A DNA stretch of 64,000 bases from Haliotis cracherodii (Eukaryota), in assembly GCF_022045235.1 (NCBI RefSeq), contig NW_027266271.1:26970001-27034000 (forward strand). Direction: 5' to 3'. How positions within the stretch are numbered: position 1 is the first letter of the stretch; each line of letters opens with the position of its first letter. Below the pieces are notes generated by a model. That model saw only the letters and a program-made list of their open reading frames with translations. It was not told the origin of the DNA and did not search any database. Shown in pieces: positions 1 through 11,500 of the stretch. A program made the translations under genes and the position numbers.

Positions 1-1687
1 AAGAAATATCTGTACATATCACGGTAGTTGTAGTATCTTTGAAATGAAATACGGTGATGTTGAATATGAAATATAAGATACTTTGAGCGATAAATCGCAA
101 AAAAAAAACGAAAAACGAAGCGTGGTTTATTTCACGATAAAATATTGTTCTATCACAACGTTTTTTCTGGGGATTTGAACACGCTCGCAACTTGATGACG
201 TCTTATTGGACGACGTTATAGTTTTAGAGGGAAGTGCCTAGTGAGTTGTTCCCCATAGATGTAGCTGGGCTAAGCAGATATACGCTATGGTCGAAACGAT
301 CGCATCAAAAAGTGAGCGAGACACGACAATCGCCATTGGGAGAAAAGGTGCAGATAATGACGTGAAAATTGTGAGAGTATAAAATCTCCTGTACATAAAA
401 TGGACATGTCCATGTCCATGTCCATGTGATTGTAATCAGAGAGTCACGTAAGAAAAAAAAGACTCGTGGACGTTGTTCATCGGACACCAAAACACAGTGT
501 TTTACTGTACGATAAACAACTCCAATTCGTCATTTATTCCGTAATTAAAATGACACTCGGCAGATTCTGCCATGTTCCCCTTGGAATACGCTCATCGTCT
601 CTCATATTAATATCATTGATGAGTACGGTTTCAACCTCTATATATAAGTAGTCCCTCGGATGTGATAGGAATATAGATTAAACCCTCAATTAATTCCGAA
701 ATCTCTCTCAACAATGTACTTCTTCTTTAAACAAAGTAAACACTGTTTACTGAGCAGGGGAATTTCACTCATCCACATCTCATGCTCACATCAATGAAGT
801 CAATGCAAACATAAAAATACAGATAACAAACATACCTCAGCCACCGTCAGTGCCACACATTCATCCTTATTCCAAATTGTGAAGATAACCGTCACCAAGA
901 TATACAGCCTATACATTTCCAATCGTAACCTCAAAGATGCTGCAAGCTCAGTTGCAAAATACTAATAGAGTAGGACAAATATTGATGCAATGCATATCTA
1001 ACACATTGACCAAACAATGCCATAGTATTCGCCTTTGTTATATGCTTGCGCACAGCCGGTAACTAATCATGAAACACACCAAGTGGCTCTTTTGCAACAG
1101 CTCAGTGAACTCACGCTATAATGATACGACACGAATTGTTCTCCTGTAAGTTGAAGTTTGTTTGGGATTCTGCTGCGTCACAGGAATGCTGAATGTTTGC
1201 ACGAGATTGTGCACTGCTATCTTCCGTCAGTCAATAACACAAGATTGTCACCCTTTTTGAAAAAAGAAAACCATAAATAGGTGGGAAGAGTAGGGCAGAA
1301 TCCACGGGCAGTCATTCACCATAGTCACATGTAGCGTATACCAGGGCTAAGTAGGCCAGTTGGGCGCAATCAGGACCGCTTCTCACTTTGGCTCATTCAC
1401 AACAGTAACTGTTTGCCCTGACCTTATTTTGTATCCACCACACAAGATCATTCCTCATTACAGAGGTGACACATGTTTTGGCTCATAAGTTGCCTTTTGC
1501 TAATTTCAAGGCCGAGATTTAAGCATTTATAAATTTCTGTAGTATAATGGTCCAAATGTCTCCCCTTGAAAACTGCTAACAAGCATGCCAACAACATGTA
1601 CGACTTCCTGAACGGTGGCTTTGGTTTTAGTCTGAAGCTCTGAGCAGGCATTATGAACAGCTAATGCCCTCCTCTCTCAGTACGTAG

Positions 1688-1856
1688 GGGGCGGTCGGGT
1701 AGCCTAGTGGTTAAAGCGTTCGCTCGTCACGCCGAAGACCCGGGTTCGATTACCGACATGGGTACAATGTGTGAAGCCCATTTCTGGTGTCCCCCGCCGT
1801 GATATTGCTGGAATATTGCTAAAAGCGGCGTAAAACCATACTCACTCACTCACTCA
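1688..1856 (+). mobile_element. tRNA-derived SINE family A, present only in copy 1
   Basis: A box TAGCCTAGTGG, B box GGTTCGAT, (ACTC)n tail, TSD CTCAGTACGTAG (1676-1687 / 1857-1868). Empty site in copies 2 and 3. Confidence 0.93.
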
Positions 1857-2262
1857 CTCAGTACGTAGAACTGTCATGTCAGTGAATTCAGACTCAATCC
1901 CAGAAATTCAATATCTTGAGATGGAATACATTTGACTATCCGAGTGCATAATGAACCCAAGCTGTTGCAACTGTGAAGTTGCCACAGACACATTGCCAGA
2001 GCATTCCTGAGTAAAGCAGTAGGGAACTACTGTGCAACCTCTATTGTACTGCTGAAGCTTGTAAATCCATACTGTGCCCATACTGGATGTTTTAATTCTT
2101 ACTGGATGTTAAACTCTTAAATATTTAAAATGAGCCTGTAAGAGTTAACCCTCTGTTTCCTTACAAATAGGGAGGATACACATCTCCCTCACACAGAACA
2201 GCCTCGACTGTTTCCTCTTTATCAAGATGTTTCAGTGTCTATGGCCCATTCCTCACTTGCAA

Positions 2263-2431
2263 GGGTGCGGTGGGGTAGCCTTGTGGTTAAAGTGTTCGCT
2301 CGTCATGCCGAAGGCCCTGGTTCGATTCCCATGGATACAATGTGCGAAGCCCATTTCTGGTGTCCCCCCGCCGTGATATTGCTGGAATATTGCTGAAAAC
2401 CATACTCACTCACTCACTCACTCACTCACTC
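2263..2431 (+). mobile_element. SINE family A, older copy shared by all three duplicates (10755-10923, 42837-43013)
   Basis: Same head, body and (ACTC)n tail as 1688-1856, with more substitutions. Confidence 0.88.
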
Positions 2432-4271
2432 CTCGCCCGCAGAAACATTAATGTCTCTAGGTACAGATCAAACCAAATCAGACTCTTGCCTTAAGCCTGT
2501 ATGACAACCAGATGCTGTATCTAATTCTGTGGCAATCCGATGTGATAGCCTGCCAGCTATAAGTGACATCTCTAGTTCTGCCTGCATATAAATCCGAATG
2601 AGGGAGACCGTTTGAAACCCTAAAACCACCAGTAATAGAAAACTAAGTCTGCTAACGAATTCCCAAAAAGCTTTCCTAGCTTTCCTAGCCCTGTTGCTCG
2701 AAGTCGTAGCTTTCCCCGATTCCGCCATATTTGAATTGCGTGGGCCATGTCCACTTAGTCCTAGAATCGCGTGCGGAACCTCTTTGTTTCTCATTCCTGC
2801 CATCCTTACGGCTGTCACCGGCCGACGTGTCCCTTTTGTTATAAGCATGCAGTAAGTGATCACAACAATCCGTAGAAAAACAAAGATAACGGCTATCAAT
2901 ATCCCGCATTAAGCCAGTGTCTACATCGCTGTGAATAAAGCCAGTGCTCACCACCTTGTGCTCTAATAAAGTTAACTTCCGTCAGTGTGGAAGTTCACCT
3001 GACTGACCATTGCGCACTGACGGAAGATAGCACTTCTCTTAAAAAAAACAGAAGCATTGTGACTAGCAGAGTTGGCGAAGTTCCGCACAAAAGTGTCGAA
3101 GGTGTGACGCCAAATTCTTCTTTAGGAAGTGTTTCAAATTTATTGGATATCTCAAGTTGTGTCACCCATTCTAAACGGAAACAAAGATACCGTTTAACAT
3201 ATAGGCAAATATTAGTTTTAAATCTGGCTGTTGATTAGGTATTAATAGGGATGTATATTACAAGGCTATCATATCTGATCTCAAAAGTTAGGTATTGTCT
3301 ATGGTTATACATTGTAATTATGTTTGAGTATTCTAAAAAAAGAAGCTTATATGATGGGGTGATTTTCGGATGAAAAATAATATAATTGTATTTCCTTGAC
3401 AAAAGTTTGATTAGATTTATATTTGTACTAATTCCCTTATGTTGAAATATTCTAAATCTCTGGTGGTGTGTAGGGTTGATTTTGGTCGGCCATCCAGGAA
3501 CATAGAGTTGAGGCCTGCCTCGCCTATTGTTTCGAAATGGCCCAAGATGGCGTCACGTCCGTTTCCTCCAGAAGTAGTTTGTTTTGCATATTCTTGAGGC
3601 TGAGGGGGAGGACTCATATATTTTGGAGAAGATTATTGATTCGCGAGATAATATAATAAAATTTAAACGTAGATCTACGTTGTAGGCTATTTGATCAGCT
3701 GGTTAAAGACAGGCCTCAATATATAAACAAAACTCGGGTTATCATGGTAATCAGAGGTTTTCTTTTTGTCCAACCTGCAAGGCGTTTATATTTTAATTTG
3801 CTGTAGTCGCCCTATCCAAGTTTAATTTCTCAACATCAATTATTGTTGTTTCTTCCTTTATTGGTATTGTTGGAGGAGGGAGGAAGTTTTTTGTTGTTGT
3901 GGTTGGTAGGCAAAGCAATGATGAAAGCGTTCTTTTGGGAGAGTGGGGTGGCCCTGGAAAGGGCTGTTGGAAACAAACTGGACAAGGCTTGTCTCTGTTT
4001 TACATTACTTTCCTTGATCTCGATACTAGATAATAATACGGTCCACTCCAACAGTCGGGTACGTCAATTCCGGTGTATCGAGACGACATGGTTGATCTCT
4101 CATTAAGTGCTAGGACTGTGACGATGTGCTCTGCTTCGCTCTTTTTTTTTTTATAGAAACGGCACTGAAACCCTGCTACCTGATTGGTCGAAAACGTAGC
4201 GCGCTGATTGGTCCGTTCCGGCGCCTGATCTGAGCCTCGGTTTTTCCAACCGGACAGACCCTTGTGATGGG

Positions 4272-4520
4272 TCAGTCTTACGGGGATGTACAGTCAGTCT
4301 TAGAGGGGTGTACTGTGACTCTAAAGGAGTGTACAGTCAGTCTTAATGGGTGTACAGTCAGTCTTTAGAGGTGTACAGTCAGCCTTACATGGGTGTACAG
4401 TCAGCCTTACAGGGATGTACAGTCAGTCTTATAGGGGTGTACAGTCACTCTAAAGGGGTGTACAGACAGTCTTAAGGGTGTACAGTCAGTCTTACAAGAT
4501 GTACAGTCAGTCTTATAGGG
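4272..4520. repeat. ~20-bp minisatellite (GTGTACAGTCAGTCTTA...); also 12762-13010 and 44844-45092
   Basis: About 12 degenerate tandem units read directly. Confidence 0.9.
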
Positions 4521-4564
4521 GTATTCAGGAATCCATCACGTCAGCCATGTTGATGGTCAAACCG

Positions 4565-4790
4565 CGTCTTTCTGTCTGTGGCCGTTGCCTTGTTCATTCC
4601 ATCTTCCACAAGTTCAATCGGGTATCCACGGGATTGTAGATATGATTTCAGTTCTGCAAGTCGTATGTTCCTTGTAGACATATTTGACAAAATCATGCGG
4701 ATGGAATGCTTCTTTTTGTATGACTCGGGTGACGAGATGAAAGATGTAGATACTGTTTAGTATATGTAGGCTTAAAAGTATAGATCTGTC
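4565..4790 (-). mobile_element. Penelope-like retroelement RT C-terminal fragment; also ~13055-13280 and ~45137-45362
   Basis: Minus strand with frameshifts: TDLYF/KPTYTKQYLHLSSRHPSHTKRSIP...RLAELKSYLQSRGYPIELV, matching the PLE pattern TDLYxKPT...YL..S.HP...RGYP. Confidence 0.75.
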
Positions 4791-4799
4791 TCTAGATCA

Positions 4800-5570
4800 C
4801 GTCCACATAGTTTAATATGTTATAAAGCTTGCATCTGGTTCCAGTGGCTATACTAGTGTTTGGCTTGCTTGGGAAAAGGTGACGTTGTCGGATAGGTGGT
4901 GTTTGTCGAAGGATGTTGGTCAAGAGTTGGCAGCTAATTTTGTTGGAAGATTTCAAGCAGTTTGTGCGTTCTGAGATTAAGACTTATTTGGATGAACAGA
5001 AGGTGGGTCAGTAACAAATATCTGCAACCTTGACAGATAATTCCTCGGTTACTCACAGGAGTAACCTTAGGAAGGATCAGCTAGGGTAATTGTACAGTTA
5101 AGACTTATTTGGGTAATTCAGGTCAGAATAGGTCAGCTACTTCTGTTCAGGCGTGTTCGATTACTATCAATTCAGGTAGTTCGTTCCCTAGGAAGTCAGA
5201 TTCCTTAGTTGGTTTGAAACAGGATTCAGGTTTGTCGTCAGGTGTTGTATGTAAATATTGACACAAGGCAGGTCATCTGATTTCAACGTGTCGTATACTC
5301 AAAGCCAAATGATGATCACAAACCACTCCCCATGCTTTTGTCCCAGTGTAATCTTATGTCATCAACACTGAGGATGAGTATGCGAGTGTCTCCTGCTGTT
5401 AGGGAGTAATTAACCTTTATTTCAAAAGGTCTGGCATTATTTCAACTGGATAAATCCACATTATGGCCAATTACTTTTCTGAGGGACACAGGGACACTCT
5501 ATTCGTGACTTTGGAGGGCGTCCTCTAGTTTGGGTAGTGGTTTCAATAGAGGGGATTGGAGGAGTAACTG
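4800..5570 (+). mobile_element. Decayed Gypsy (Gmr1-like) gag/protease remnant; also ~13290-14050 and ~45372-46140
   Basis: DRWCLSK...QLILLEDFKQFVRSEIKTYLDEQKV (SCAN-like capsid), zinc knuckle CKY*HKAGHLISTC and protease motif ITFLRDTG, all with stops or frameshifts. Confidence 0.75.
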
Positions 5571-6133
5571 GTGTGTTAGATGTTTGTGTCAATTACTACT
5601 TACGGGATGAAATAAAATCTTAGAAGCAAGGTTTTACCACCGTAGTTTATCAGTACTGTGAATGAGTTTTCCATTCAGAAAACAACGCGATCTTAGCACT
5701 AAGATGATTGTAACGCCCATACCTTGGCATAGACTTACCACAGTCGTAGCGCTAAGGTTCTTTGGAACAACGGCACCCAGGTCTCTTATTACCGCTGGGC
5801 CTCATGTTCTGTTGGAAGCTTGTTCAAAGGATAAGGGTCATTGCGCTTATTATAGGGAATACGTTACTTCAGTCAACATTATTAAGACCCGAGACTGTCC
5901 TCCTTCAGTTTTGTCCTCTATACCATGTGACATTTACCTCACAGTTAACGAGAAACGTTTCCTAAAAACATGAAACGCGGTGTGATTCACAGAATGCAAT
6001 TACCTTCAGCTTGAAATGTTTGGAAATGCGAACACCGCCGCCAACGCTCCATAGTTCTTTTTCGTCTGCGTTTTCCTAAGTATCGTCTGCTTCATTTGAG
6101 ACGAAGACGCGGAGGGTAGCGGATGATGCGATC

Positions 6134-6386
6134 ATGTCTCAAACTGTAACAGTTTCAATTTTACTATTAACCTGTTTGGGCTTTGTTTTGCAAGCACTGG
6201 CAGTGGACAGTGACAAATGTGTGCAAAGCTTTCTCAACGACGCCGGCGACCTTAACCCTGAGCGTTTCCAAGGTTACTGGTACGCCAGGTACTCTTACCT
6301 CCCGTACCGTCCAGGGTTCAGAGCCATTGATACTCAGTCCATCTATGTGTACATGCCAGGATCCAGGCGGTGGAACATAGCAGCGG
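6134..6386 (+). pseudogene. Lipocalin exon 1, orphan copy (its exon 2 is missing because the duplicate is truncated)
   Basis: Signal peptide plus lipocalin SCR1 motif FQGYWY, donor G|GTGAGT at 6386/6387. No exon 2 occurs before the junction at 8562. Confidence 0.8.
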
Positions 6387-7219
6387 GTGAGTAGGCTTGA
6401 CGCAGTAGTATTCAAAACTGGATACTTACGCTGACAGATCCATCACACGACATCTGTGGAAGTGACACTGTTTTCCTGAGAAGTAGCATGGGGTTTAATG
6501 TTCAAATCCAACAAAAAAGTTTCTGTTTTAAACTTATTTCTCTTATAAAAAATTTTCATTAGTTTTCAGTTTAAGCATTTTGTTATTTTCTCACGAGTTG
6601 ATTTCAAGATGATCATCAAGGTAATCATCTAAATTGATAAATAGTAGTTGTTAATAATTATGAAGAATAATCTGGTATAATAAATAATATATATCATCCT
6701 CTTGTCTTGATGACATATCAAATATCAAAAGACACGTGTGGGATCGACTGTATACCAACCCTCTCGGCAACACGTTTTGCAGATAATCAATAAGGATTTG
6801 GGTTAAATGACGCTTTTGGCAGTATTTCAGTCATATGAAGGGATGCACGCTTATTGTTTGGGGAAAAGACCAAAGTGGCGCAGATGGCGAAGGTCGACCT
6901 CTTTGCTTAACTCAACGAACACGAGTGTTGTATGCTGACGTGTATGCAGCTATCGATATATACACTTGAGTTTTAAATGAGCTTGGATGTTATCAAATAA
7001 GAAAAGTATGTTCTTTTACAAATATTGCTTTTGTACAAGATCAAACATGATGCATGATCCCTGTTCTATTCTGTATATACATACTAAAGATGAAAGGTAA
7101 ATAACAAAGCTGAATAAGACCATTTCCGTTGGTACACGTCGTCGTTTGAACCTCATGGTGGTGATCACAATGCAAACTGCACCTTGGCTGCATTGAACGG
7201 TGACGTGTGATGAAGTGAA

Positions 7220-7460
7220 GTGGGGCTTAACGTCGCACTCATATCGAGACGAGGGTACACAGGTGTGTTCCTGCTTGTAGTAGTGCTGTTTCTGTAGTGT
7301 TAACCAACCATGCCCAGCTTAACATTAATACCCAACCCAGACACATTATACTGACTCCGAGCTGACCACTCCTTTCTATCCCTTTAATATCAAGTACCTT
7401 CTGTTAATGTCGTTTAGTATCAGGCGGCCAGGGGGTCGAACCACCGATCTTCCGGGCTTA
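7220..7460 (-). mobile_element. Degenerate tRNA-SINE related to family D (intronic; repeated in copies 2 and 3)
   Basis: B box GGTTCGACCCC and GCTCGGAGTCAGTATA segment shared with 25591-25941; ends CGTTAAGCCCCACTTCACTTCA. Confidence 0.55.
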
Positions 7461-7474
7461 AATGATTTGTGTGT

Positions 7475-7882
7475 GTTTGTTTGTTTGTTGTTTAACACCA
7501 CACGCTATATGACAACGGTCTGAAAATAATCGAGTCTAAACCAGACAATCCAGTGATTGACCTCGATTCACGCAATTGGGATACGATGACATGCATCAAC
7601 CAAGTCAGCGAGCCTGACCACCCGATCCCGTTAGTCGCCTCTCACGACAAGCATATTCGCCTTTTACGTATAGAAACAAATACGATTTGTAACTGGTAGG
7701 ATTAGGAAAATGTTCACCGGATCGGGTGGTCGGGCTTGGTTGATGCATGTCATCTCAACCTAATTGCGTAAATCATTACTCATGATGTCAATCACTGGAT
7801 TGCCTGGTCCAACGTCATATATTTACAGGCTGTAATATAGCTGGGATATGGCTCTGTGCAGAGTCAAACATCAAACAAACAA
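7475..7882. mobile_element. Two partial SINE family C copies in inverted orientation (7475-7655 minus, 7717-7882 plus); repeated in copies 2 and 3
   Basis: Body CGGGTGGTCAGGCTCGCTGACTTGGTTGATGCATGTCATC and (CAAA)n tails. Confidence 0.75.
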
Positions 7883-7934
7883 TTAGTATGCCTTTAAGAG
7901 TTAATACTCAGCAAGGAAAACATTATTATATGTA

Positions 7935-8562
7935 TTCATCATGGACATATAGGATATCGTATGCTTTAAAAAAGCAATACATTCATCATGGACATATGGG
8001 ATACCGTATGCTTTAAAATAGCAATACATTCATCATGGACATATGGGATATTGTATGCTTTAAAAAAGCAGTACATTCATCATGGACATATGGAATATCG
8101 TATACTTTAAAATAGCAATACATTCATCGTGGAAATATGGGATATTGTATACTTTAATATAGCAATACATTCATCGTGGACATATAGGATATCGTATACT
8201 TTAAAATAGCAATATATTCATCGTGGACATATGGGATATCGTATACTGTAATATAGTAATACATTCATCATGGACATATGGGATATCGTATGCTTTAAAA
8301 AAGCAATACATTCATCATGGACATATGGGATATCGTATGCTTTGATATGGCAATTCATTCATCATGGACATATGGGATTTCGTATGCTTTAAAACAGCAA
8401 TACATTCATCATGGACATATGGGATATTGTATACTTTAAAATAGCAATACATTCATCATGGACATATGGGATTTCGTATGCTTTAAAATAGCAATACATT
8501 CATCATTGACATATGGGATATCGTATGCTTTAAAATAGCAATTTATTCATCGTGGACATATG
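7935..8562. repeat. 47-bp intronic minisatellite, ~13 units
   Basis: Unit ATACATTCATCATGGACATATGGGATATCGTATGCTTTAAAATAGCA. Confidence 0.95.
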
Positions 8563-11500
8563 AAGTAATGTCCACATGAAGTAATACACATTTTATCGTT
8601 ACCTGTTTCTCCTCCCCGCATACCAGATATTCCGATTCAAGTTATCAGTTTCGATGTGGATATAGTTTTACAGAAAGAAATAGCTGTACATATCACGGTA
8701 GTTGTAGGATCTTTGAAATGAAATACAGTAATGTTGAATATGAAATATAAGATACTTAGGCGAATAGTCGCAAAAAAAACAACGAAAAACGATGAGTGGT
8801 TTATTTCATGATAAAATATTGTTCTTTCATGACGTCATTTCTGGAGATTTGAACACGCTCGCAACTTGATGACGTCTAAATTGGACGACGTTATAGTTTT
8901 AGAGGGAAGTGCCTAGTGAGTTGTTCCCCATAGATGTAGCTGGGCTAAGCAGATATACGATATGGTCGAAACGATCGCATCCAAAAGTGAGCGAGATACG
9001 ACAATCGCTATTGGGAGAAAAGGTGCAGATAATGACGTGAAAATTGTGAGAGTACAAAAACCCCTGTACATAAAATCGACATGCCCGCATTGCCGAGGTC
9101 GGATTGTAATCAGAGAGTCACGTAAGAAAAAAAAGACTCGTGGACGTTGTTCATCGGACACCAAAACACAGTGTTTTACTGTACGATAAACAACTCCCAC
9201 TCGTCGTTTATTCCGTAATTAAAATGACACTCGGCAGATTCTGCCACGTTCCCCTTGGAATACGCTCATTGTCTCTCATATTAATATCATTAATGAGCAC
9301 GGTTTCAACCTCTATATATAAGTAGTCCCTCGGATGTGATAGGAACATAGATTAAACCCTCAATTAATTCTGAAAATTCTCTCAACAAGGTACTTCTTTA
9401 AACAAAGTAAATACTATTTACTGTGCAGGGAGATTTCACTCATCCACATCTCATGCTCACATCAATGAAGTCAATGCAAACATAAAAATACAGATAACAA
9501 ACATACCTCAGCCACCGTCAGTGCCACACATTCATCCTTATTCCAAATTGTTAAGATAACCGTCACCAAAATATACAGCCTATACATTTCCAATCGTGAC
9601 CTCAAAGACGCTGCAAGCTCAGTTGCGAAATACTAGTAGAGTAGGACAAATATTGATGCAATGCATATCTAACACATTGACCAAACAATGCCATAGTATT
9701 CGCCTTTGTTATATGCTTGCGCACAGCCGGTAACTAATCATGAAACACACCAAGTGGCTCTTTTGCAACAGCTCAGTGAACTCACGCTATAATGATACGA
9801 CACGAATTGTTCTCCTGTAAGTTGAAGTTTGTTTGGGATTCTGCTGCGTCACAGGAATGCTGAATGTTTGCACGAGATTGTGCACTGCTATCTTCCGTCA
9901 GTCAATAACACAAGATTGTCACCCTTTTTGAAAAAAAGAAAACCATAAATAGGTGGGAAGAGTAGGGCAGAATCCACGGGCAGTCATTCACCATAGTCAC
10001 ATGTAGCGTATACCAGGGCTAAGTAGGCCAGCTGGGTGCAATCAGGACCGCTTCTCACTTTGGCTCATGCACAACAGTAACTGTTTGTCGAGCCCTGACC
10101 TTATTTTGTATCCACAAGATCATTCCTCACTGCAGAGGTGACACATGTTTTGGCTCATAAGTTGCCTTTGCTAATTTCAAGGCCGAGATTTAAGCATTTA
10201 TAAATTTCTGTAGTATAATGGTCCAAATGTCTCCCCTTGAAAACTGCTAACGAGCATGCCAACAACATGTACGACTTCCTGAACGGTGGCTTTGGTTTTA
10301 GTCTGAAGCTCTGAGCAGACATTATAAACAGCTAATGCCTTCCTCTCTCAGTACGTAGAACTGTCATGTCAGTGAATTCAGACTCAATCCCAGAAATTCA
10401 ATATCTTGAGATGGAATACATTTTGACTATCAGAGTGGATAATGAACCCAAGCTCTTGCAACTGTGAAGTTGCCACAGACACATTGCCAGAGCATTCCTT
10501 AGTAAAGCAGTAGGGAACTACTGTGCAACCTCTATTGTACTGCTGAAGCTTGTAAATCCATACTGTGTCCATACTGGATGTTTTAATTCTTACTGGATGT
10601 TAAACTCTTAAATATTTAAAATGAGCCTGTAAGAGTTATCCCTCTGTTTCCTTACAAATAGGGAGGATACACATTCTCCCTCACACAGAACAGCCTCGAC
10701 TGTTTCCTCTTTGTCAAGATGTTTCAGTGTCTATGGCCCCTTCCTCACTTGCAAGGGTGCGGTGGGGTAGCTTTGTGGTTAAAGTGTTCGCTCGTCATGC
10801 CGAAGGCCCTGGTTCGATTCCCATGGATACAATGTGCGAAGCCCATTTCTGGTGTCCCCCCGCCGTGATATTGCTGGAATATTGCTGAAAACCATACTCA
10901 CTCACTCACTCACTCACTCACTCCTCGCCCGCAGAAACATTAATGTCTCTAGGTACAGATCAAACCAAATCAGACTCTTGCCTTAAGCCTGTATGACAAC
11001 CAGATGCTGTATCTAATTCTGTGGCAATCCGATGTGATAGCCTGCCAGCTATAAGTGACATCTCTAGTTCTGCCTGCATATAAATCCGAATGAGGGAGAT
11101 CGTTTGAAACCCTAAAACCACCAGTAATAGAAAACTAAGTCTGCTAACGAATTCCCAAAAAGCTTTCCTAGCTTTCCTAGCCCTGTTGCTCGAAGTCGTA
11201 GCTTTCCCCGATTCCGCCATATTTGAATTGCGTGGGCCATGTCCACTTAGTCCTAGAATCGCGTGCGGAACCTCTTTGTTTCTCATTCCTGCCATCCTTA
11301 CGGCTGTCACCGGCCGACGTGTCCCTAATGTTATCAGCATGCAGTAAGTGATCACAACAATCCGTAGGAAAACAAAGATAACGGCTATCAATATCCCGCA
11401 TTAAGCCAGTGTCTACATCACTGTGAATAAAGCCAGTGCTCACCACCTTGTGCTCTAATAAAGTTAACTTCCGTCAGTGTGGAAGTTCAACTGACTGACC

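Larger units (their letters stand above)
1150..2900 (-). mobile_element. Decayed DIRS-like (tyrosine-recombinase retrotransposon) pol remnant; also at ~9790-11391 and ~41900-43480
   Basis: Minus-strand fragments with stops and frameshifts: IAGRLSH; ECSGNVSVATSQLQQLGFIMH; PSQDIEFLGLSLNS; TVQEVVHVVGMLVSSFQGETFGPLYYRNL; VLIAPNWPT*PWY. These resemble DIRS1 RT/RNaseH and downstream motifs. Boundaries approximate. Confidence 0.7.
1..8562 (+). repeat. Segmental duplication copy 1 (starts before the window; truncated inside the intronic 47-bp minisatellite)
   Basis: Near-identical to 8634-~17000 and 40726-~48900, with the same ORF series repeated in the ORF track. Homology stops at 8562. Confidence 0.95.

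Noticed and set aside
1688-1760. tRNA genes at SINE heads
   Set aside because: A/B boxes are present but each continues into a SINE body, tail and TSD, and no complete cloverleaf was established.
2468-2899. 143-aa ORF repeated in the duplicates as a host gene
   Set aside because: Lies in a DIRS-like relic, is frameshifted in copy 3, and its conservation reflects only the recent duplication.
2976-3028. Hairpin CTTCCGTCAGTG/CACTGACGGAAG as a terminator or ncRNA
   Set aside because: A real 12-bp inverted repeat, but nothing indicates function; probably part of a transposon relic.
7935-8562. CRISPR-like regular array
   Set aside because: Units are contiguous with no unique spacers, there are no cas genes and the context is a eukaryotic intron; it is a minisatellite.
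8962-9189. CPHC zinc-ribbon-like small ORF
   Set aside because: Single CxxC, disrupted in copy 1, no recognisable domain or splice support.
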